From assembly GCA_021399395.1 (NCBI GenBank), contig JAAFKJ010000130.1:1-25783 (forward strand): a DNA stretch of 25,783 nt, read 5' to 3'. Position numbers and translations under genes: made by a program. Shown piece by piece: positions 7,819 to 16,841 of the stretch. Position 1 is the stretch's first letter, and every line of letters begins with the position of its first letter. This DNA comes from Candidatus Heimdallarchaeota archaeon (lineage in GTDB: Archaea > Asgardarchaeota > Heimdallarchaeia > Heimdallarchaeales > Heimdallarchaeaceae). Below the pieces are notes generated by a model. The model did not search any database and was not told where the DNA came from. It was given only the letters and a program-made list of their open reading frames with translations.

Positions 7819-9234
7819 ATGACTCAAGAGACGTACAAAATTTATTCGAGGGTTCTTAAATTTGGTCAGCAAATTGGGTTCAGAAGATTGGCAGAGACAA
7901 TTGTCTTTGGTTTTACTATATTTGCCATCACTCTGGTGTATATTTTTGCAATAGCATGGGCACCAATAGGTCCAACAGGAAAGTACATTTTCTTTCCAAT
8001 AGGCTTGTTCTTTGAAATCATACTCATCTTGAGTTACATAGAGAATCATTACCATATGGACATTTTTGGTGAGAATTCGAACAAAATTCTAACTATAATG
8101 TCTATTTTATCCTTAGTGGTTATAGTTCTCTATGCAGCTATTCCAGGATTATATACAACTGAAAATGGCAAAATACATCCACAAACAATTTCTTTAATTG
8201 TTCTATTCTTCCTTCTAAATGTAATTGAAATAGCTTACTTCCTATTTTCTATACCAAGAGCATCCAGATCTGATTCTTTCGGTTTAGAATATCAATTTTC
8301 AGTTTTAGAAAAGAATTTAGAAAATAAAAAATTATCAGACTTAAATCTTGATAAAGCAATAACTAAGGCGATAAATGCATTAAAGAAAAGAGTTAATGAA
8401 GACGGTCTTTGGGGCGATCTTAGTCCTGTTTATGAAACAGCATGTGTTCTTGAGTTGTTTAACAAACTTGGTTATAATGAAGATACAGAATGGATTGTTC
8501 CCACAGAAGAAGGTAAACAAACTGTTAAACTTGGAAAAAGTATTGAAAGTTTGAATGCTATTGTTGAAACAGCCGAAGCAATTGACACTTCATACGAGCA
8601 CTATTATATTCTCCATTCACTTAGTCTGTATAATCCAACAATATTTGATAGTAGAATCCCTGAAATCGAAGAATTTTACAATTCTACAATTGAGGATACA
8701 GAATGGGATTTCATAAACAAACTCAATAGATTCACACCTAATTTACGTTCAAGAACAACTCCATTACATGTTATGATGAGTTATGTTGGAGATGCTACAG
8801 GAAATATCAAATTATTAGACAGAATGGCAAATCTATTCATCGCTGGAATTGATATTGTAATCAAAAGAGGATATGCAAGGTTTTCTACTTCTCAGACAGG
8901 AAAGACACCAATAGAAATGTTTGCCAGATTAATGTTAGCATTGCATGATATTCGAAGAGCTCCAACAAGGAGACAGCAATTTATACAAGCTGTAATAGGA
9001 ACACAATTCTTAGAAGGTTCATGGGCTGGAAATATTGGAACAACAGGTTATGTTATTTTAGCCCTTATTCCAAGCGAAACAGCAGATTCTTTGCCTCTAA
9101 AGAAAGCTGCACTGTATCTTGCAGCTGTTCAGGATAAGGAAGGACTGTGGGGAGCTAATATAGAGGAAACAACTATTGCGCTTAAAGCATTGATTGCACT
9201 GAAGAATATGGCAGCACAAGAAATTGTAGAGTAA
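7819..9234 (+). CDS. Membrane-anchored protein with prenyltransferase/squalene cyclase-like alpha-alpha barrel repeats
   Basis: About four N-terminal TMs and QW-like repeats NEDGLWG, QFLEGSW and QDKEGLWG; start at MTQETY avoids overlap with the upstream gene. Confidence 0.6.
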   Translation: MTQETYKIYSRVLKFGQQIGFRRLAETIVFGFTIFAITLVYIFAIAWAPIGPTGKYIFFPIGLFFEIILILSYIENHYHMDIFGENSNKILTIMSILSLVVIVLYAAIPGLYTTENGKIHPQTISLIVLFFLLNVIEIAYFLFSIPRASRSDSFGLEYQFSVLEKNLENKKLSDLNLDKAITKAINALKKRVNEDGLWGDLSPVYETACVLELFNKLGYNEDTEWIVPTEEGKQTVKLGKSIESLNAIVETAEAIDTSYEHYYILHSLSLYNPTIFDSRIPEIEEFYNSTIEDTEWDFINKLNRFTPNLRSRTTPLHVMMSYVGDATGNIKLLDRMANLFIAGIDIVIKRGYARFSTSQTGKTPIEMFARLMLALHDIRRAPTRRQQFIQAVIGTQFLEGSWAGNIGTTGYVILALIPSETADSLPLKKAALYLAAVQDKEGLWGANIEETTIALKALIALKNMAAQEIVE

Positions 9235-9271
9235 GCAGAATACTTTTTAATTTTCTTCTATTTTTTCTTTA

Positions 9272-9748
9272 ATGAACAAAGAAAGTAAGAATGTTTACAT
9301 AGCTTGTTCTATGATCAAAGCTCAACAACTTGATTTTTCACTATTAGACTATCTAGTAGAGTATACTAAGAAACAGAACTATCAGCCTTTCATTCCTGGA
9401 AAAATGGATGATGCCCCGTCTAAGGTTATTTTTGAAAGAGATATGAATTGGTTAAAACTATCAGAGAAAATAATTGCAGATGTAAATGAACCTTCTCACG
9501 GGGTAGGTATGGAGATTATGTATGCATATAAGCATGACATTCCAGTTATCTGTCTACTGAACAAGAAAAACAAACCCCTTTCGAGAATGGTCGAAGGAAG
9601 TCCTCACATTATTCTTATTGAATATGAATCAAAAGAAGATTTAGATGTAAAACTAGGGGAAATGAGTCTAGATAAACTCGATATTGATTTATGTACTAAT
9701 TGTCAAGAAAAAACCCTACATCTGAATAAACAATGTTTAAAATGCTAA
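9272..9748 (+). CDS. Nucleoside 2-deoxyribosyltransferase / DNPH1-like N-glycosidase with C-terminal Zn ribbon
   Basis: VYIA, IFERDMNWL, IIADVNEPSHGVGMEIMYA and LSRMVEG; CTNC...CLKC tail. Confidence 0.85.
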   Translation: MNKESKNVYIACSMIKAQQLDFSLLDYLVEYTKKQNYQPFIPGKMDDAPSKVIFERDMNWLKLSEKIIADVNEPSHGVGMEIMYAYKHDIPVICLLNKKNKPLSRMVEGSPHIILIEYESKEDLDVKLGEMSLDKLDIDLCTNCQEKTLHLNKQCLKC

Positions 9749-9751
9749 AAA

Positions 9752-9825
9752 TGGTAGACCCGAGGCGATTTGAACGCCTGTCTCAGGATCCAGAGTCCCG
9801 TATCCTTCCGCTAGACTACGGGTCT
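9752..9825 (-). tRNA. tRNA-Gln(CUG)
   Basis: AGACCCG TA GTCT AGCGGAA GGAT A CGGGA CT-CTG-GA TCCTG AGAC AGGCG TTCAAAT CGCCT CGGGTCT ACCA; A1-U72. Confidence 0.97.
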
Positions 9826-9928
9826 TCATTTTATCTTGGAGAGAGTTTGATTAGTCGCAAATTAAAAGTTTTGGTCTTATCCTTAAATTACGAGAAACGG
9901 ATATAAAGACTTGAAATCATTGTACTAT

Positions 9929-10639
9929 ATGAAACAAGTATTTATCACTGGTGCAAGTAGAGGTTTAGGATTAGAATTTGCAAAACAATATCTAGAAAGG
10001 GGGGAGAAAGTTTTTGCTAGTTGTAGAAATCCAGAAGATGCAACCTTACTACAAAAACTCAAGGAATCCTACAAAGATAACTTACAAATTATCAAACTAG
10101 ATGTATCAGATGAAGAAGCAAGAAATTCAGTATTTGAGAAGGTTTCAAGAAATACTGAATCTCTTGATATACTAATTAATAACGCAGGAATTATTTCAGG
10201 TAATGAGCAACAATCTTCAGTTTTAGGAGACGTCTATAAAGAAGATTTCAATAAGGTTTTTCTTGTAAATTCTATTTCTCCTTTATTGGTTACTGAAAGA
10301 TTCTTACCTCTGCTAGAGAAGGGGTCAACACCTAAAATTGTTAATATTTCATCTCAAAATGGTTCCATATCACAAAGAAATAGTGGTGGAAAATACAGTT
10401 ATGCTTCTAGCAAAGCTGCTCTTAACATGATTACCAAGATATTATCGCATGATATCAAAGATAAAGGAATAACTGCTTTGTCTATCCATCCTGGGTGGAT
10501 TAAAACCGATATGGGAGGAGAAGAAGCTCCACTTGAAATCGAAAAACCTATATCTCAGATAATAAGTTTGATTGATTCCAAAGATATTTCTGAATCAGGT
10601 AAATTTCTAGATCGAGAAGGTAATGAAATGCCTTGGTAA
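9929..10639 (+). CDS. Short-chain dehydrogenase/reductase (CsgA/C-factor-like)
   Basis: TGASRGLG, NNAG, YASSK and HPGWIKTDMGG. Confidence 0.92.
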   Translation: MKQVFITGASRGLGLEFAKQYLERGEKVFASCRNPEDATLLQKLKESYKDNLQIIKLDVSDEEARNSVFEKVSRNTESLDILINNAGIISGNEQQSSVLGDVYKEDFNKVFLVNSISPLLVTERFLPLLEKGSTPKIVNISSQNGSISQRNSGGKYSYASSKAALNMITKILSHDIKDKGITALSIHPGWIKTDMGGEEAPLEIEKPISQIISLIDSKDISESGKFLDREGNEMPW

Positions 10640-10656
10640 TTGGAAGAGAGATAGTA

Positions 10657-11373
10657 ATGAAAAACATACTTATAACTGGTGCTAGTCGAGGGTTAGGATT
10701 AGAGTTTGTTAATCAATATTTGAGAAAAGGTGAGAGAATCTTTGCATGCAATAGAAATCCAGAAAAATATTCTGAATTGAAAGAACTAAAATCTGAATAT
10801 CAAGATAAGTTAACTCTCATAAATCTAGATGTAACTAATCAAAAATCCAGAAATGAAGCTTTTGAGGAGATTTCCAAGATAACTAATCAAATTGATATCC
10901 TCATTAACAATGCAGGAATACGATTTGGTGGCGAAAAATATTGTGATGAATTAGGGAAATTAGAAAAAGAAGATTTTGGAAAGATATACCAAGTAAATAC
11001 AGTTGCTCCCTTGATGATAGTTGAAAAATTCCTACCTTTACTAAAAGCAGGAAACGACACTAAAATCATCAATATTTCATCAAGCAGTGGTTGTATTACA
11101 AGAAGAACTAGTAAAAGAGGTGGATATAGCTATGCCTCTAGTAAAGCAGCCTTGAATATGGTTACTAAAGCACTTTCAGTTGACCTTGAAGAATACAATA
11201 TAACTGTAATATCACTTCATCCTGGGTGGGTTAAAACAACTATGGAATTAACGGTTAATGCACCATTAGTACCCGAAGAATCGGTAACAGGAATGATCAA
11301 TCTAATTGCAAATCTTAGAATAAAAGAAACAGGGAAGTTCTTTGATTGGCAAGGTAATGAAATGCCCTGGTAA
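10657..11373 (+). CDS. Short-chain dehydrogenase/reductase (CsgA-like), tandem paralog
   Basis: TGASRGLG, NNAG, YASSK and HPGWVKT; same GNEMPW C-terminus as the neighbour. Confidence 0.92.
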   Translation: MKNILITGASRGLGLEFVNQYLRKGERIFACNRNPEKYSELKELKSEYQDKLTLINLDVTNQKSRNEAFEEISKITNQIDILINNAGIRFGGEKYCDELGKLEKEDFGKIYQVNTVAPLMIVEKFLPLLKAGNDTKIINISSSSGCITRRTSKRGGYSYASSKAALNMVTKALSVDLEEYNITVISLHPGWVKTTMELTVNAPLVPEESVTGMINLIANLRIKETGKFFDWQGNEMPW

Positions 11374-11395
11374 GCTATGGATGGTTTAGAAGGGA

Positions 11396-11737
11396 TTATT
11401 CATCTCGAATTTCGTTTCCACAGCTTGGACAGAATTTAGTAATCTTCAATACAGACTGTCCACAGTTTGCACAGTTCAATTCTTCTTTCTGTATCAGGAA
11501 GATAACAATTTTCCTTACCAGAATAACAATAAAACCTAGAACAAAGGTAAACATTACAATTAATACTAGAATAATTAAAACTAGAAACGATATATTGTTT
11601 TTATCGTATTTTTGAATCAATAACATAAACAGATAGGCTAAAAGAAGTAGAATGCCAATCTCTAGAATTAAGTACGCAAGGGGTTTGATTGAATTCCATA
11701 CAAACTGAAACATGCTTATGGGTTTTTCTTTATGCAT
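11396..11737 (-). CDS. Two-TM protein with C-terminal zinc ribbon
   Basis: Two hydrophobic helices, then CANCG...FCPSCG. Confidence 0.75.
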   Translation of the reverse strand: MHKEKPISMFQFVWNSIKPLAYLILEIGILLLLAYLFMLLIQKYDKNNISFLVLIILVLIVMFTFVLGFIVILVRKIVIFLIQKEELNCANCGQSVLKITKFCPSCGNEIRDE

Positions 11738-11875
11738 ACTTTTGACTCTGAGATGTAATATTTGTGTAAAGCCATTTTATTATTTAATGTTTTGCGCAAA
11801 AAGCCTTCTAAACTAAATTTCTCAAAAAGGAATAGAAATTCTTAATATAGTCCATGAAATCTATAGTGAAATCTG

Positions 11876-12067
11876 ATGAGTTTCCATACTAATTACGAGA
11901 AGTGGTTACATTATTCAAAAGAAGAAAATTGTCCAGTTTGTAGAAAATTACCAGCTCCTGAAGATGATGTTGATATCATGGAATTTCCTACATCATGGTT
12001 ATGTGCTCATCCAAGAGTTTGTTTGAAAGGAACATGTTATTTACTATTTTTTTTCATATATACTTAA
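11876..12067 (+). pseudogene. Truncated HIT-family protein (N-terminal fragment)
   Basis: ENCPVC...GTCYLL resembles a HIT N-terminus, then breaks into a T-run next to the tRNA 3' end; no HxHxH motif. Confidence 0.55.
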
Positions 12068-12076
12068 GAAAAAATT

Positions 12077-12152
12077 TGGTAGTCCCAGGGAGATTTGAAC
12101 TCCCGGTACCGGATTCAAAGTCCGGAGTGTTTCCAGGCTACACCATGGGACT
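12077..12152 (-). tRNA. tRNA-Gln(UUG)
   Basis: AGTCCCA TG GTGT AGCCTGGAA ACAC T CCGGA CT-TTG-AA TCCGG TACC GGGAG TTCAAAT CTCCC TGGGACT ACCA. Confidence 0.97.
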
Positions 12153-12221
12153 GTAAGTTGTCAAGCGTCTTTGACAACCTTTCATTTCTTGAATTGATTT
12201 TAAATTTTTCTAAAGCGAGGC

Positions 12222-14147
12222 TTATTTCTTTCCCCAAGAATCTCTCAATGTAATGATTCTGTTGAATACAAGATTTTCTTTTGAAGAATCCTCAATATCT
12301 ATCACATAGTATCCATTTCTTTCAAATTGGGATCTTGACCCAGACTCCTTTTCTTTGAGAAATGGTTCTACATAAGATTCTATTATGTTAATAGAGTCAG
12401 GATTGAGATAATCCTTGAATTCTTTTCCTTCTTCTGTGTCCATAGGATTTTCTTTTGTATATAATCTATCATATTGCCTAACTTCAACTTTTAGAGCATT
12501 ATCTGCAGACAACCAGTGAATAGTTCCTTGTACTTTTCTTCCATCAGGAGATTCTCCTCCTTTTGTTTCAGAATCATAGGTACAATGGATTTCTTTTATT
12601 TCCCCAGTTATTTCATCCTTAATGGTATCTTCATATTTGATGAAATAAGCGTATTTCAATCTAACTTCTTTACCTGGAGAAAGTCTATAGTAGTCGTCAG
12701 GAGGGTCTTCCATGAAATCTTCTTTCTCTATGAATAGATTTCTAGTAAATTTCACCTCTCTTGTTCCCATACTTTTATCTGAAGGATGATTTGGTACAGA
12801 GAAGACCTCTTCCTTATCCTCGGGATAATTTGTTATTACTAGCTTCAGAGGGTTAAGAACACTCATTACTCTAGGGCATCTTTTGTCCAAATCCTCACGG
12901 ATATAATGCTCAAGGATAGACATATCGATTAACTTCTCTCTTTTAGTGAAGTTTATTGCAAGGGAGAAGTTTCGGATAGCCTCAGGAGTGTATCCTCTTC
13001 GCCTCATACCTGCTATTGTAAGCATTCTGGGATCATCCCAACCATTGACATATCCTCCTTCAACTAGCATTCTCATATTTCTTTTACTAAGAACCATGTA
13101 GGATAGATTCATTTTAGCAAATTCGGTTTGCTGAGAATGATGTATGGGATTTCCTTCTTCGTCCTCTAACTGATCAATATACCAATCATAAAGGGGTCTA
13201 TGAACCTCAAATTCTAAAGTACAATTCGAATGAGTAATTCCTTCAATAGAATCTTCGAGCCCGTGAGCCCAATCATACATAGGATAAATACACCATTTAT
13301 CTCCTGTCCTGTGATGGCTTGCATGAAGGATTCTATAAATAATGGGGTCTCTCATGAGCATATTAGGATGAGACATGTCAATTTTGGCTCGGAGAACTTT
13401 TTCTCCGTTTTTAAACTCACCATTTTTCATCCTCTCAAAGAGGTCAAGATTCTCTTCAATGGGCCTGTTTCTATAAGGGCTCTCTTGTCCATGTTCAGTA
13501 ATAGTACCTCTCATCTCTCGTATTTCTTCAACGCTGGAATCATCTACGTAAGCCAATCCTTTTCTAACTAACTGGACAGCATATTCATAGAGTTGATCGA
13601 AGTAATCTGATGCAAAGAGCAATCTATCTTCATAGTCTACTCCTAACCAAAGTACATCTTTGATAATGGATTCAACAAATTCTTCCTCCTCTGTTAGAGG
13701 ATTTGTATCATCAAACCTAAGATTGAATTTTCCCCTGTATTCAAAAGCAAAGTTATAGTTTCGGTTTATAGAATAAGCATGGCCAATATGTAACCAGCCA
13801 TTTGGTTCCGGAGGGAATCGAGTATGGACTTTTCCGTCAAATCGACCTGTTCGATTGTGTTCCTCAATAATCTCTCTTATGAAATCAGCTTCTTCCTGAA
13901 CCTCTTTTTCCTTCTTTTGAAGAAGTTCTGGAAATTGTTTTTGTGCGAGTTGTTGTATTTCTTCAGCTGTTAATGAATTGATATAATCAACCTTATTTTC
14001 AATAATCTCTTTGATGCGTTTTGCATCCTTTCTTAATTCGGAATCAGCCTTAAAGACAAGACCCATGACAGGACCTACTTCTGCTTTCCCGTGTTCTAAA
14101 GCATTTTCAATAGCATGTTTTTCGCACATTTTTTCTACTGAATTCAT
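12222..14147 (-). CDS. glnS: Glutaminyl-tRNA synthetase: bacterial-type core with archaeal GluRS-like N-terminal domain
   Basis: TRFPPEPNGxLHIGH, LRFDDTNP, WCIYPMYD, ITHSxCTLEF, VLSKR, GWDDPRM, GKEVRL, GTIHW, QFERNGY and LRDSW match GlnRS end to end. Confidence 0.93.
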   Translation of the reverse strand: MNSVEKMCEKHAIENALEHGKAEVGPVMGLVFKADSELRKDAKRIKEIIENKVDYINSLTAEEIQQLAQKQFPELLQKKEKEVQEEADFIREIIEEHNRTGRFDGKVHTRFPPEPNGWLHIGHAYSINRNYNFAFEYRGKFNLRFDDTNPLTEEEEFVESIIKDVLWLGVDYEDRLLFASDYFDQLYEYAVQLVRKGLAYVDDSSVEEIREMRGTITEHGQESPYRNRPIEENLDLFERMKNGEFKNGEKVLRAKIDMSHPNMLMRDPIIYRILHASHHRTGDKWCIYPMYDWAHGLEDSIEGITHSNCTLEFEVHRPLYDWYIDQLEDEEGNPIHHSQQTEFAKMNLSYMVLSKRNMRMLVEGGYVNGWDDPRMLTIAGMRRRGYTPEAIRNFSLAINFTKREKLIDMSILEHYIREDLDKRCPRVMSVLNPLKLVITNYPEDKEEVFSVPNHPSDKSMGTREVKFTRNLFIEKEDFMEDPPDDYYRLSPGKEVRLKYAYFIKYEDTIKDEITGEIKEIHCTYDSETKGGESPDGRKVQGTIHWLSADNALKVEVRQYDRLYTKENPMDTEEGKEFKDYLNPDSINIIESYVEPFLKEKESGSRSQFERNGYYVIDIEDSSKENLVFNRIITLRDSWGKK

Positions 14148-14233
14148 AGTAAGTATTTTGTTGTATAGGGAATAATAAATCTTTAGTCTAATGATGGATT
14201 AACTTCAAATATGATACCGATTTTATTCAAAGT

Positions 14234-15280
14234 GTGAAATCAATTTATATTCAAATAATTGCTGGCACATTAATTCTGGGGATGATAGGGACAGGAATAG
14301 GTTTGTATTTTTATTTCAATCCTTATTTCAACGTAGAATATCCGGTGAAGAAAAATTTCTACTGGTTCAGTCCTTGGAACAATTCTTCTTACGAAAGATT
14401 GGTGGAATCAGCTGATGAAATAGATATGATTTCACCTTCTTGGTGGAGAGTTCTATCAAATGGAACGATGACGGATGAACACTGGTATCTAGATGTAACT
14501 CCAACGGAAGTTTTTGATTTCTGCAGAAGTAATAATATTGAGATTCACCCACTTGTATCCAATTATGCAGACCATTTCAGCCCTGAGTTGATATCAGAGA
14601 TTATCAACAATGAAACCAGCGTTAATAATTTCATTAATTCAGCTAATTATTTGTTGGATCTATACAACTGTACTGGTATTAACCTTGATTTCGAAGGAGT
14701 ACCTTCTGAAGATAGGAATGTGTTCAATGATTTTCTCAGAGAGATTAGAGATAACCTTGAATCAAAATATATTATGTCAATAGATGTTCCAGCTAAACAA
14801 GCTGATTGGACAACAGGTTGGGGAGGAGCTTTTGACTATGAGATTATAGGGGAAATTTGTGATTTTGTGATGATCATGACCTATGATTATTCATATGATG
14901 GAAGCAGTCCGGGTCAGATATCTCCCATAAGCTGGATAAAGAGAGTATTGAATTACGCAACTAAGACTATTCCTTACGAAAAAATCTTTTGCGGGATTCC
15001 GCTCTATGGATATAATTGGCCAGATAGTGGAGAAAGAGCCTCTTCAGCTGGTTATACCTATTTCAAAAATTTAGCAGATAGTTATGGAATTGAACCTGAC
15101 AGATATTCAGATTCTAAGGAATTATACTTTACATATACAGATGAGAGCGATATAACATGGTTCGCTGTTTTTCAAGATTATATATCTACCCAAGAAAAAG
15201 AGAATGCAATAAACAAATATCCTGTGGGAGGATATTGTTACTGGTACTTAGGGATAGGAGATCCTTTGTATTGGGTATAA
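14234..15280 (+). CDS. Glycoside hydrolase family 18 (chitinase/YaaH-like), N-terminally anchored
   Basis: TGINLDFE catalytic motif, IMTYD, GIPLYGYNW and YWYLG; N-terminal TM. Confidence 0.9.
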   Translation: MKSIYIQIIAGTLILGMIGTGIGLYFYFNPYFNVEYPVKKNFYWFSPWNNSSYERLVESADEIDMISPSWWRVLSNGTMTDEHWYLDVTPTEVFDFCRSNNIEIHPLVSNYADHFSPELISEIINNETSVNNFINSANYLLDLYNCTGINLDFEGVPSEDRNVFNDFLREIRDNLESKYIMSIDVPAKQADWTTGWGGAFDYEIIGEICDFVMIMTYDYSYDGSSPGQISPISWIKRVLNYATKTIPYEKIFCGIPLYGYNWPDSGERASSAGYTYFKNLADSYGIEPDRYSDSKELYFTYTDESDITWFAVFQDYISTQEKENAINKYPVGGYCYWYLGIGDPLYWV

Positions 15281-15303
15281 AAAAAGAGAAGATAGAAATT
15301 AAT

Positions 15304-16515
15304 CTATCGTTTCTTTAGAAAAATAGTCGATATTCCGATTAAAGAAATCACAAAAACAAGACTCATCCAACCAAAGGGATATTCAGGAATGATTCCAGTT
15401 ATTACAACCATTGCCCCCAAAGGATAAGGATCAAAATTGAAACAGTTACCAGCTATATAATAGGGTCCTGTTCCTCCATAATCAGAGTAATAGTTACCTT
15501 CAAGCCTTCCTACATCATACCATGTAGAATTGATATGCCCTGGAATATAGTCTTCATCAGCTTGTATTCCGCCTTGATTATTCTGTATGAAGTTATTATG
15601 ATGAATAATTAAATTACCTGAAACATGATCAATTGACAGTCCAAATCCATCATTTTTAATGATACTGTTGTAAATTACTAATCCATTAATACTATTTGCG
15701 AAATAAATACCCCTAGCTGATGAACCAAGACCATTCGTTTCAATTGTGTTATTTTCTATTGTAACCAACATCGAAGTTGAAATGTAAATTCCTTCATAGG
15801 TATTGTTTGCTATAGTATTGTACAGAAATACATTGTTATGACTTATTTCATTTATAATACCATGACCACCGTTCAGAATTACTTCGTTCCTCTTATACAT
15901 CCCATTATCAGCAGCATTATCAATGTAAAAACCTTCATCTCCATTGTTGTAGCAAGTGTTGTTTTCAGCAATTATACCTCCACAAGTATCTATTCTTATT
16001 CCGGAATGAAGGTTAAAATTACAATTATTTTCAGTTAATATTGCCCCATCACATCTTTGTAACCATATTCCTATTCCATCACCAACATGTGTATTGATAC
16101 ATGTACAATTATGAATTTTTACTAGACTTGGATATGCATCTATAATCCGAATACAAACATCATCAGCAGTTATCCAACAATTATTAATTTCAAATGATAC
16201 ATTGAAACCATTCGCAGTACCTGTTCCATTTATCAAAATGCCAAATGCTGCTCCTGTTATGTTGTAGTTTTCAATTCTATATGGATTACCTGGTGAGCCA
16301 TCACCTGGAAAATTATATCCTAATGGACCAAAATCCTGATCTGTCAATATTATTATTTCGGCATGAGGTGTTAAATCATTAATTATTGGAGAAGATATTA
16401 TTGAAGAATCATCCTGAATCGCAGTTGTTTCCATTCTGAAGAATAGTAGGCTTAAGAATATCAGACTAAGTAATAAGTAAAATTTCCCCCTTAATCCCTT
16501 ATTTTTTAATTCCAT
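15304..16515 (-). CDS. Secreted right-handed parallel beta-helix (NosD/CASH-like) protein with C-terminal sorting signal
   Basis: Signal peptide, GDGS..NPYRIEN, Asn-ladder repeats, GNYYSDY...DPYPL, then IPEY + TM + KKR; SD GGTGA before MELKNK. Confidence 0.85.
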   Translation of the reverse strand: MELKNKGLRGKFYLLLSLIFLSLLFFRMETTAIQDDSSIISSPIINDLTPHAEIIILTDQDFGPLGYNFPGDGSPGNPYRIENYNITGAAFGILINGTGTANGFNVSFEINNCWITADDVCIRIIDAYPSLVKIHNCTCINTHVGDGIGIWLQRCDGAILTENNCNFNLHSGIRIDTCGGIIAENNTCYNNGDEGFYIDNAADNGMYKRNEVILNGGHGIINEISHNNVFLYNTIANNTYEGIYISTSMLVTIENNTIETNGLGSSARGIYFANSINGLVIYNSIIKNDGFGLSIDHVSGNLIIHHNNFIQNNQGGIQADEDYIPGHINSTWYDVGRLEGNYYSDYGGTGPYYIAGNCFNFDPYPLGAMVVITGIIPEYPFGWMSLVFVISLIGISTIFLKKR

Positions 16516-16632
16516 TTTATCACCAGAGTTAACTCTGAAGTTAATAATAGAGATTTGACTTAAATACTTTACCGACAGAAAGATTATCAAAAAAGTTTAT
16601 TTGGAAGGAAACCTTACATATTTTTGATTCAA

Positions 16633-16809
16633 ATGAGTAAATTACCAAATGATGTATACTGCTTCCATTGTGGATTTAAATTCGGAAAGAGTGACCCAGA
16701 GGGCTATGAAGGCTGTCCAAGTTGTAGTAAAGGTTTTTCTGATTTAAATGATGAAGCACAATATGCAGTTAAAATGGTTATGAAATCAATGATTGAACAT
16801 TTTAGATGA
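16633..16809 (+). CDS. Small zinc-ribbon protein
   Basis: CFHCG...CPSC. Confidence 0.65.
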   Translation: MSKLPNDVYCFHCGFKFGKSDPEGYEGCPSCSKGFSDLNDEAQYAVKMVMKSMIEHFR

Positions 16810-16841
16810 GCAATTTCTGAGCTCATTATTTTCTTTGATTT

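Noticed and set aside
6458-12152. UUA tRNA as an att-site remnant of an element integrated in tRNA-Gln
   Set aside because: It is full length, its 3' half differs from both tRNA-Gln genes, and no integrase is present.
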